Origin: Staphylothermus hellenicus DSM 12710
GTDB lineage: Archaea; Thermoproteota; Thermoprotei_A; Sulfolobales; Desulfurococcaceae
DNA length: 32,000 bases
Reading direction: 5' to 3'
Assembly (NCBI RefSeq): GCF_000092465.1
Contig: NC_014205.1
Span: 1,440,001-1,472,000 of the forward strand
Each line of letters starts with the position of its first letter. Position 1 is the stretch's first letter. The notes beneath the pieces are model-generated. The model ran no database searches and was not told where the DNA came from. It worked only from the letters and a program-made list of their open reading frames with translations. The position numbers and the translations under genes were made by a program. Below, one piece after another: positions 1 through 7,039 of the stretch.

Positions 1-9
1 ATAAACTAT

Positions 10-753
10 ATGGCTGAGAGAATAAATAAGATATATAGTTCGCCGAAGCTTAACAAGTTAAAAGCAAGGTTAATGGCTAGTGAGGTTCTAAGACTGTTAA
101 AACCCAGCTTCTCCTATAAATCATTATCAATACTTACAGGAATACCTGAATCAGTATTGTGCCGCTATGTTCGTGGAAACATTATTCCAAGCTATGAACA
201 AGCAGTTAATATTCTAGCTAAAATATCTTTATCCGTAGATATAGATTACCTATTAAGAGAACTTGTTGAAAGAGAGAAAAGCACCATTATTGATTTATCA
301 CGTGTTCTCAAAGACCCATATATTATAAGATTGTTAACTATCATGTTGATACTCGAGCTCGGAGGTAGGGATATAACGAAAATAATAGCTACAGCTGAAG
401 CAGTATTACCATTAGCAACTATGATCGGGTTAGAAATAAATACACCAATAGTATTAGTTAAGAGAAGAGCGTATCCAGGAGTAAAATATTATAGTGCAAT
501 AATTGTTAGATCACCTAAGGTATCCGAAACACTACACCTAGACAAAGACCTTGTCAATAAAAGAGATAACGTCCTAATATTAGCGGATGTAGTATATACT
601 GGTAAAACACTTAGCGGAGTAATAAGTTTACTGGAGAGAGCCCGGGCAAAGATCTCGGATATAATAGTTATACTAGCACTCGGAGATAGATGGAAGACAA
701 GGCTGGAAGAATACAATGTTAAACCATTAACAAAGATACCATACCCCTTCTAA
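10..753 (+). CDS. HTH + phosphoribosyltransferase-fold protein (PurR-like putative regulator)
   Basis: 247-aa ORF. N-terminal HTH-like segment (SLSILTGIPESVLCRYVRGN). C-terminal type-I PRTase PRPP-binding loop (VLILADVVYTGKTLSG). Confidence 0.6.
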   Translation: MAERINKIYSSPKLNKLKARLMASEVLRLLKPSFSYKSLSILTGIPESVLCRYVRGNIIPSYEQAVNILAKISLSVDIDYLLRELVEREKSTIIDLSRVLKDPYIIRLLTIMLILELGGRDITKIIATAEAVLPLATMIGLEINTPIVLVKRRAYPGVKYYSAIIVRSPKVSETLHLDKDLVNKRDNVLILADVVYTGKTLSGVISLLERARAKISDIIVILALGDRWKTRLEEYNVKPLTKIPYPF

Positions 754-833
754 CATGTTTCTAACAAATTATTGGGAATATCGTGGGTAACTTATTTTTA
801 TATATAAAACAATATAATTACTCATAAAGAAAG

Positions 834-1277
834 ATGTTGGACCAAGTTCTCAACGGTGTATTGCTTATGAAGATAAGGGAGATCGTGAAAGTTGATTCTA
901 AGGGTAGAATAACTATACCCCTAACAATACGTGAAGCCCTAGATATAAGAGAGAGAATGACTGTTCTATTAATAGCTGATAAAGAAAGGAAAGAAATAAT
1001 AGTTTCTCCAATACCTGAAAGAGCAAAACTTATAGAGTTAACGATTAGAGTAGAGGATCGGCCGGGTGTATTAGCTGAGCTTACAAGAGAACTAGCTAAT
1101 AAAGGAATAGATATCATAGCGACAAAATGCATAGTGTTGAAACGAGGAGAAATGGGAGAATGCTATATGGTAGTCGACTTATCCCGCTCACTAATAACTA
1201 ACCTGAGAGAATTAGAGGAAGCACTGCAAAAGCTGGAACCGGTAAGAGAAGCAAGAGCACAAGAAATACATAGCTAA
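834..1277 (+). CDS. AbrB/SpoVT-type DNA-binding domain fused to an ACT domain
   Basis: KVDSKGRITIPLTIREALDI is a typical AbrB/SpoVT motif. IELTIRVEDRPGVLAELTRELANKGIDI is a typical ACT-domain start. A TATA-like run TTTTTATATATAAAA lies ~30 nt upstream. Alternative start ATG at 867. Confidence 0.65.
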   Translation: MLDQVLNGVLLMKIREIVKVDSKGRITIPLTIREALDIRERMTVLLIADKERKEIIVSPIPERAKLIELTIRVEDRPGVLAELTRELANKGIDIIATKCIVLKRGEMGECYMVVDLSRSLITNLRELEEALQKLEPVREARAQEIHS

Positions 1278-1319
1278 CATTTTAAACAATAAATTCAACT
1301 AGTAGGGGGCCAGTAATCT

Positions 1320-2096
1320 TTGGGTAAAATAGTGAAGATAGGCTGCTGCGGATTCCCTGTCTCTAGGAGAAAATACTATGTAATACATCGATTAGTAGAG
1401 CTGCAAAAAACATTTTATAATCTACCAAGTAGGAAATGGGCCGAGAAAATCAGGGCTGAAGCCCCTCGAGAATTCGAGTTCACAGTTAAAGCATGGCAAG
1501 TAATAACTCATCCACATAGAAGCCCTACATGGAGAAAACTCCAAAACAAACCAGCCGGTAATATTGAAAACTATGGATGGCTTAAACCTACAAATGAAAA
1601 TATTGAAGCATTAACGAAAACATTGGAGATAGCAGATGTTCTAGGAGCTAAAATCATAGTTTTACAAACACCTGGATCAATGCCTTACAGTGAAGAATCA
1701 AAGAAATGGGTATATGAATTCTTTGATAAAGCAGGAGAAACTGTTTCTAACAATTATTTGCTTGGATGGGAACCGAGGGGTGAGTGGGCTAAGCATATAA
1801 GTGAGTATAGGGAGATCCTCCGCGAACACCGCATAATACATGTTGTCGACCCCTTTAGATACGAATCTGTAAGCATAGTTGATGGGATCGCGTATTATAG
1901 GTTACACGGGATAGGAGGGGGCGAAGTAAATTATAGGTATAAGTATAGTGTTGAAGACCTAGAGAAACTAGCATCAATATTGGAAAAAACAGTTTTTGAA
2001 ACAGCATATGTATTATTCAACAACGTATATATGCTAGATGATTCTAGGAAGTTCAAGGAAATACTGAGAAAACACCCCAGCTTAACGCCTGTGTAA
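1320..2096 (+). CDS. DUF72 (UPF0759) family protein
   Basis: 258-aa ORF with TTG start. N-terminal IGCCGF and C-terminal YYRLHG motifs and the length fit DUF72 as I remember it. Confidence 0.6.
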   Translation: MGKIVKIGCCGFPVSRRKYYVIHRLVELQKTFYNLPSRKWAEKIRAEAPREFEFTVKAWQVITHPHRSPTWRKLQNKPAGNIENYGWLKPTNENIEALTKTLEIADVLGAKIIVLQTPGSMPYSEESKKWVYEFFDKAGETVSNNYLLGWEPRGEWAKHISEYREILREHRIIHVVDPFRYESVSIVDGIAYYRLHGIGGGEVNYRYKYSVEDLEKLASILEKTVFETAYVLFNNVYMLDDSRKFKEILRKHPSLTPV

Positions 2097-2175
2097 AATA
2101 TAATTGTTTAAATACTTGAAACCAGTAAATCCGAATATATGTAGAAAACATATTTGGAGAAGATGGTGGTAATAG

Positions 2176-2664
2176 TTGAAGCTCGGAATAATAGATGAGA
2201 TATTGTTAGCAATACTAGTAGCTGGAATAGTTTTAGCACTATTCTATCTAGCACTACCACCAAACATACAAACTGGAACACTCCAATTAGAAGATGAAAT
2301 ACCTGGAACAGGCTGGAAACTAGTAGACTTATCGCCCACAGCTGGAAAAGCCTCTTTCAAAAACACAATAATGAACTATGAATACACAACATTTGTTGGT
2401 AGAAGATTCTATGCAATAACAATTGATCAAATCAAGGGATCCACTGTTAAATACAGTGTTGACATGAAATTCTACAAAAACATCTACATATATGCAGCAG
2501 CACATCTATTACTAGGAATAGGCATAGTGTTAAGCATAATAGTATTTATGCTGAGAATAGATAGGCTCAAAGAAAAACTATTAAGCCCAACACTACTAAT
2601 AACAACTGCATACATAATCATAGGACTACCACTAATATACGCACTAGTATTATCGATCTCATAA
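2176..2664 (+). CDS. hypothetical membrane protein
   Basis: 162-aa ORF with TTG start. One N-terminal and two C-terminal hydrophobic helices flank a ~70-aa soluble segment. No recognisable family. Confidence 0.4.
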   Translation: MKLGIIDEILLAILVAGIVLALFYLALPPNIQTGTLQLEDEIPGTGWKLVDLSPTAGKASFKNTIMNYEYTTFVGRRFYAITIDQIKGSTVKYSVDMKFYKNIYIYAAAHLLLGIGIVLSIIVFMLRIDRLKEKLLSPTLLITTAYIIIGLPLIYALVLSIS

Positions 2665-2734
2665 ACAATTTTTACCCTCCCCTCTCTTCTCTTAATAATT
2701 TTATTTAACAACCTGGTTCTCAAAACTATAAACC

Positions 2735-3066
2735 ATTGAGAACCGGGGAGTTCCACCCCAACGGATCAAATCGATCAAGCAAAAATCCCCCTCTATAAAA
2801 GCTAAACACAGAACTCGGAAGGGGCTAAACATGTATGGGTTCAATATCTGGGTGTGAACCCCCCGGTTTCCACCCAATAAATAAAAATCAGAACGGATGG
2901 GGGGCTAAAGACATGGTATCCGGTTCTTGTGCATATGAAACCCCCCGGTTCCTCTGTATGATTTCGCCTCCAGGATCCAGGGGCTCGTCGAGGCGAAATC
3001 ATAGAGGCTAACCCCCCGGTTATCCAATAGAACCATCTAATAGAAAACGACCAAGCCCCCTCCAAA
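2735..3066. repeat. Left block of GC-rich repeat family (four copies, mixed orientation) built around AACC-N4-GGTT cores
   Basis: Cores at 2741-2752 (AACCGGGGAGTT), 2857-2868, 2939-2950 and 3010-3021 (each AACCCCCCGGTT). Shared flanks are CGAAATCATA(C)AGAGG upstream and a C/G-string (CCCCCTC or its complement) 35-50 nt downstream. GC-rich against the AT-rich background. Confidence 0.7.
2951..3007. repeat. Long imperfect inverted repeat (hairpin/cruciform-capable) formed by two head-to-head repeat copies
   Basis: CCTCTGTATGATTTCGCCTC (2951-2970) pairs with GAGGCGAAATCATAGAGG (2990-3007) with one bulged base. The loop is 19 nt, CAGGATCCAGGGGCTCGTC. Confidence 0.8.
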
Positions 3067-3088
3067 GACCATGTTATCAATATAAAGA

Positions 3089-3115
3089 CCCCCACCCCTT
3101 GATTTCCTGTGGAGA
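3089..3115 (-). promoter_or_regulatory. ORB-like (origin recognition box) element, left
   Basis: Minus strand reads CTCCACAGGAAATCAAGGGGTGGGGG. This gives a TCCA..GGAAA dyad segment, a short spacer and a G-string, which is the layout of Orc1/Cdc6-binding ORBs recalled from Aeropyrum, Sulfolobus and Pyrococcus origins. Confidence 0.5.
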
Positions 3116-3274
3116 AAACAGCATTGGTTAATTAATGAAACTATATGGTTAGAAAACTAGCTATTTATATATGAAATTAGTTTTTAATTTTATGGTTTAA
3201 ATATATGGATCTCATTATACAAACCAATATATGTTCTCGATAATAAATAATTAGTAAGTATTATTTCCTAATTT
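3116..3274. other. AT-rich core (candidate duplex unwinding element)
   Basis: ~160 bp between the two inverted ORB-like boxes. My hand count gives roughly 20% G+C, well below the flanking sequence. No ORF. Confidence 0.5.
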
Positions 3275-3303
3275 GTTCCATATGAAATAGAGGGGGGAGG
3301 GGG
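3275..3303 (+). promoter_or_regulatory. ORB-like (origin recognition box) element, right
   Basis: Plus strand reads GTTCCATATGAAATAGAGGGGGGAGGGGG. It aligns with the reverse complement of 3089-3115 (TCCA, GAAAT, G-string). The two are inverted, with G-strings pointing away from the AT-rich core. Confidence 0.5.
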
Positions 3304-3323
3304 TTTATAAAGGGGTTTATAAA
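3299..3323 (+). promoter_or_regulatory. Tandem duplicated TATA-box module (GGGGTTTATAAA x2)
   Basis: TTTATAAA at 3304-3311 and 3316-3323, each preceded by GGGG. The first repeat copy of the right block starts ~10-25 nt downstream (3331). Confidence 0.4.
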
Positions 3324-3330
3324 GGCCTCT

Positions 3331-3518
3331 TCGAGGCGAAGCCATAGAGAGGAACCGGGGAGTTATCACTTTTCCATTGAAAACGAACACGCCGCAACCC
3401 CCCTCTCCATGGATCAGGCTCGTTGAAATGCCTGGTGGGTCCAGTCGAAATCATACAGAGGAACCGGGGGGTTCACACCCAATGCTTAACCAAAAACACC
3501 ACCAACACCCCCCTCCAC
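3331..3518 (+). repeat. Right block of the same GC-rich repeat family (two tandem copies, + orientation)
   Basis: Cores at 3353-3364 (AACCGGGGAGTT) and 3462-3473 (AACCGGGGGGTT). Segment 3446-3473 is the exact reverse complement of 2939-2966 (28 nt). Both copies end in CCCCCCTC(T)CC. Copy 1 contains the palindrome TTTTCCATTGAAAA (3370-3383). Confidence 0.7.
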
Positions 3519-3572
3519 CATAAAACAAAGAACCAAACCATTATACGAGGTCATACAAAAACAATAAAGAAT

Positions 3573-3926
3573 GGGGAGAGGGGGCGGGCCAGCTGCTCAC
3601 GCCCCCTCCTCTTGGAGGGGGTGAGGAAACTCCGCACACCCCGCGGCTCCACGGCCCCGAAATGGGGCGCGGCGAGCAGCCGCGGCTCCGGCACAGAAAC
3701 GACACGGCCACCGCTCAGATGGCGATGAGGCGGCGAGGGGTCCCCGGCAACGGGGGCTCAGCAACCCGCTGAGGACGGCGGTGGATGCGTTGAAACGGCC
3801 GGTCCCGTGGGGTGCAAGGCCCCCTGTATTATTTGAGGGGGATGAGGTTGGCCGCGCAACCCCTGTGGGGGCCGCATAGTCTAATGCAGCTAGTACAGAA
3901 TGCGGGTTATGGCCTGCCCCTCTCCT
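3573..3926 (+). ncRNA. rnpB: RNase P RNA (archaeal type A)
   Basis: GC-rich island. CR-I-like UGAGGAAACUCCG follows a P3-like hairpin GCCCCCUCCUCUUGGAGGGGG. CR-V-like GUACAGAAUGCGGGUUAUGG lies near the 3' end. P1 pairs GGAGAGGGGGCGGGCC (3575-3590) with GGCCUGCCCCUCUCC (3911-3925). P2 pairs AGCUGC with GCAGCU. P4 pairs CUCCGCA with UGCGGG. A T-run (TTTATTTTTT) follows immediately. Ends are good to about +/-5 nt. Confidence 0.88.
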
Positions 3927-4328
3927 TTATTTTTTGAGTCCTTGCCTCTTCAGTATATAGTATACTGTTGATGTTGGTAATCCTAGTTGTTTGCTTATCT
4001 TATATATGCTCATTTTTCTCCTATACATTTTAACTATTTTCTTTATGATTGCTTTCTTTTTCCTCTTATGTGTTGGCATTTTTTGTTTTTCTGTTTTCCT
4101 TAATGGTATATTGTATTTTCTCAGTATTTCGTAGAGGAGGGCTAAGTATATTTTGTGTTTCTTAACTATCTCCTTCACGGGTAATCCTTTCCTGTAATCA
4201 TTTATTATTTCCTCTATTTTCTCCTTGCTTAGATCCTCTATGTTCAAGGCATCAACACCTGCTAGGATTGTTTTCATAAATATATTATTTCTTTTCATAC
4301 TTATAAATAGATAATTGATAGTTAGCAT
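3927..4328 (-). CDS. small DNA-binding protein with two tandem HTH (resolvase/homeodomain-like) motifs
   Basis: Two internal repeats: GLPVKEIVKKHKIYLALLYEILRKYNI and MSIYKISKQLGLPTSTVYYILKRQGL. Lies downstream of tsr3, overlapping it by 7 nt if the start is 4328. Alternative starts at 4298 and 4277. The stop codon abuts the RNase P RNA 3' end. Confidence 0.5.
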   Translation of the reverse strand: MLTINYLFISMKRNNIFMKTILAGVDALNIEDLSKEKIEEIINDYRKGLPVKEIVKKHKIYLALLYEILRKYNIPLRKTEKQKMPTHKRKKKAIIKKIVKMYRRKMSIYKISKQLGLPTSTVYYILKRQGLKK

Positions 4329-4858
4329 GGAGGTTTTTCTCCCCAGTAATCCTTTATTGTTTCTAATAATTTATTAATTGATTTTGTTCTACGATATGCT
4401 TCTAATACTTCACTGTTTAATGTATGAAATGTTTTCATCCACTTGTATAGTCCAAGTAGTTTCCTATATGCTTCAATAAAACCTGTTATATATAGTGTTG
4501 CAGCTGCTGCTTCAATACTTGATAATATACATGGTTTACCATAGTTTATCGGATTACCTGGTAGGAGGGGTGGGAGCCTTCTATGTCGCCCCTTGATCAT
4601 AGAGGTTTTTCTAGGAACCAGTTTTTTCCAGCTAGCATCAACAACTACTACACCATATTTCTCCACATATACGCTATCCCATGGCCCCAAATACTTGTTG
4701 CTGTAGGGGTCAAGTATTATCGGTGAACCATGTATTCTACGTGGAAATACATGTATGGCTAGGTTTTTACGGATCATTTTTAAAGCAGTATTCTTACGGG
4801 GATCGTCTTCTCGATAATAAATAACCATTATCCTGGGCAAACGCTTCTGCTGAGCCAA
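4322..4858 (-). CDS. tsr3: 16S rRNA aminocarboxypropyltransferase Tsr3
   Basis: 178 aa. DDPRKNTA, ILDP, VVVDASW, HRRLPPLLPGNPINYGKP and LSSIEAAAATLYI match the conserved blocks of archaeal Tsr3 (DUF367). Confidence 0.8.
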   Translation of the reverse strand: MAQQKRLPRIMVIYYREDDPRKNTALKMIRKNLAIHVFPRRIHGSPIILDPYSNKYLGPWDSVYVEKYGVVVVDASWKKLVPRKTSMIKGRHRRLPPLLPGNPINYGKPCILSSIEAAAATLYITGFIEAYRKLLGLYKWMKTFHTLNSEVLEAYRRTKSINKLLETIKDYWGEKPPC

Positions 4859-4956
4859 GACTTATTCATACCTACAACTATACTATGAGCTAAACAATTA
4901 TAATCCATAAAGACCCCAAAATATATATTGGACACAGTAGGTGATAGGTGGTTTAA

Positions 4957-5211
4957 TTGGCTAAAGCTGGAGCAATAGTCCTTATCCAAACAGATATTGG
5001 CGCGGAATCACGTGTTATGGAGGAACTCGTTAAAGTACCTGAGATCACGGAGGCATACATAGTTTATGGAATATACGATATAATAGTTAAGATCGAGGCT
5101 GAAAGCCTCGAGAAGATAAGAGAAGTAATAACCAACAGGATCAGGAAGCTCCCAGATATTAGGACGACTAGTACAATGGTTATTGTTGAGGAGAGAATTA
5201 AGAAGCAGTAA
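4957..5211 (+). CDS. stand-alone Lrp/AsnC ligand-binding (RAM) domain protein
   Basis: 84 aa, TTG start. Beta-alpha-beta-beta-alpha-beta pattern with EVxEAYIVYGxYDIIVKIEA, typical of AsnC-type RAM domains. No HTH. Confidence 0.7.
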   Translation: MAKAGAIVLIQTDIGAESRVMEELVKVPEITEAYIVYGIYDIIVKIEAESLEKIREVITNRIRKLPDIRTTSTMVIVEERIKKQ

Positions 5212-5232
5212 TTAGGATTATAATGTATTAGC

Positions 5233-6129
5233 TTAACTATTCTTTTTCTCATCACCCACAATATTTTCATAGCCACTATCTTCTTTCTTAACAATTATTC
5301 TCAGCGGCGACCTAAACCATACATCGTTTTGCGGGAACGGTATCTCTATGCCTGCATCAGTTATTGCTTTCTTAATCCTCCAAACAATCTCCTTTTTCAC
5401 ATTATACCATTCACTACTTGGAACCCATACTCTAACTCTTATATTTACACTACTATCCCCTAGTTCTTCAACAAAAACATCTGGCTCCGGCTTAGCCAGT
5501 ATGAATGGGTGCTTGGATAGTTCGTTCCTAATAATCCGGTATGCTTTCTCAGCATCCTCACTATAAGCTATTCCGACAAGGAATTCTAGTCTTCTAGCAG
5601 GTGTTGCTCCAATGTTTTTAATAACTGAGTTGAATACATCATTATTCGGTATTCTTATTAATACGCCGTCTAAACCCCTGATCTTAGTGGACATTATTGA
5701 TATGTCCTCAACAATTCCCAGCTGCCCATTAACATCTACGAAATCACCTGGTTTCAAAGGCCTCTCCCAATAGAGGAATATCCCTGATACTAGGTTTGCT
5801 GTTATACTTTGCAGTGCGAAGCCAAGTATTATGCCTAGGAATCCACCAGCTATTACTAGTCCTGTAAGGTTTATTCCTAGAATACTTAGTGCTGATACTG
5901 CGAATATAGTTACTAGTGTATAATAGATTATTCGTGCAAGATTATAAGCTATTGTTTGAGGCATAAATCTTATTGATACCCTATATGTTATTTTCTTAGC
6001 AATTATTGAGATGAATAAGCCTACACCCAATATTATTGTTGCAGACAATATTCCTAGCCAATCTATATTCTCTAACCATGTGAAGCCTGATGTAAGATTT
6101 AACTGGTCACTCAACCCTATATCCCCCAC
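5233..6129 (-). CDS. small-conductance mechanosensitive channel (MscS family)
   Basis: Three N-terminal TM helices followed by the MscS beta-domain signature PGDFVDVNGQLGIVEDISIMSTKIRGLDGVLIRIPNNDVFNSVIKN. Confidence 0.85.
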   Translation of the reverse strand: MGDIGLSDQLNLTSGFTWLENIDWLGILSATIILGVGLFISIIAKKITYRVSIRFMPQTIAYNLARIIYYTLVTIFAVSALSILGINLTGLVIAGGFLGIILGFALQSITANLVSGIFLYWERPLKPGDFVDVNGQLGIVEDISIMSTKIRGLDGVLIRIPNNDVFNSVIKNIGATPARRLEFLVGIAYSEDAEKAYRIIRNELSKHPFILAKPEPDVFVEELGDSSVNIRVRVWVPSSEWYNVKKEIVWRIKKAITDAGIEIPFPQNDVWFRSPLRIIVKKEDSGYENIVGDEKKNS

Positions 6130-6875
6130 AGCATTTCGGTTCCAGGACTTATACGTGGAGGTTTAAAATCTTTTGGATCATCTATTCTTTTAAGGCCTTT
6201 CCTAAAAGATCTACCGTATTTTATTGAGGCAGTTGTTTTAGAGTTTATAGTTACATTTATTTCTTGAGTATAAGCTTTCCATGATTTCTCCCGGTAATAT
6301 AATGCGAGATTATTTGAATCGAGGAGGATCTGTGTGAACAATACCCATTCATCCAGTGTATTATTTATTTTCAGTAGTGAAACTGCTTTTCCAAAAACCG
6401 GTTCTGGCTCAGATATATATGTTTTTGAAACACTATATCTAGCGATAACACCCATACTCGTTGATCCATATAATGCATATTTTGGATCAGTTCCCTCAAT
6501 AACATCTATTATATCAAAGCTATTGTCTCGATAAACATATACCGCAATATCAACGGGCACATATATGTAGATCTCAGTATATGAGTTGGGGGCAAGCCTT
6601 ATCTTCTCCGAGAAATCTACGAGGATAAAACTAGTTACTCTACGAGGTAATAGGACAGGATAGAATGGTGTAATTAAAACCTTATCAAAACCTACGATTT
6701 TCTGCTCAACCAGAACATCGTCATTAATAGATCTACGATAAACAACAATCTCATCCCCAACCCTCTCCAGAGACAACGTATATTTATCAACAACGTATTC
6801 TTTACCAATACCCAGAACACCATAACCATTCAAAACCACTGCAGAAACCATAGAAAACACCATCCAAACAATCAA
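6117..6875 (-). CDS. conserved archaeal hypothetical protein (possibly DUF432-like)
   Basis: 252-aa ORF that overlaps the mscS start by 13 nt, so probably co-transcribed. Family assignment is from memory only. Alternative ATG starts at 6863 and 6851. Confidence 0.45.
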   Translation of the reverse strand: MIVWMVFSMVSAVVLNGYGVLGIGKEYVVDKYTLSLERVGDEIVVYRRSINDDVLVEQKIVGFDKVLITPFYPVLLPRRVTSFILVDFSEKIRLAPNSYTEIYIYVPVDIAVYVYRDNSFDIIDVIEGTDPKYALYGSTSMGVIARYSVSKTYISEPEPVFGKAVSLLKINNTLDEWVLFTQILLDSNNLALYYREKSWKAYTQEINVTINSKTTASIKYGRSFRKGLKRIDDPKDFKPPRISPGTEMLWGI

Positions 6876-6923
6876 GCAATTATGAAGTAATGCCTCTACA
6901 CAAATATAAGTCTAGAAAATAAT

Positions 6924-7039
<116 letters not shown>

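Noticed and set aside
2841-3095. 84-aa ORF on the minus strand
   Set aside because: It lies entirely within the GC-rich repeat block. Its composition (Gly/Pro/Trp/Arg-rich) tracks the repeats, and it has no start context or family resemblance. It is probably a chance ORF.
2735-3518. CRISPR array hypothesis for the repeated CGAAATCATACAGAGGAACCGGGGGGTT-type elements
   Set aside because: The cores are spaced irregularly (about 115, 82, 71, 343 and 109 nt). Copies are in mixed orientation and are degenerate outside one 28-nt pair. No cas genes or leader-like arrangement are present in the window.
3423-3728. 101-aa ORF on the plus strand
   Set aside because: It spans a repeat copy and the 5' half of the RNase P RNA. 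The Arg/Gly/Pro-rich translation is a by-product of GC-rich structural RNA.
3573-3926. SRP (7S) RNA as an alternative identity for the GC-rich island
   Set aside because: Paired 5' and 3' ends fit both RNAs. However, the CR-I (GAGGAAACUCCG) and CR-V (ACAGAAUGCGGGUUAU) motifs and the P2 and P4 pairings are specific to RNase P, and I found no SRP helix-8-type motif.
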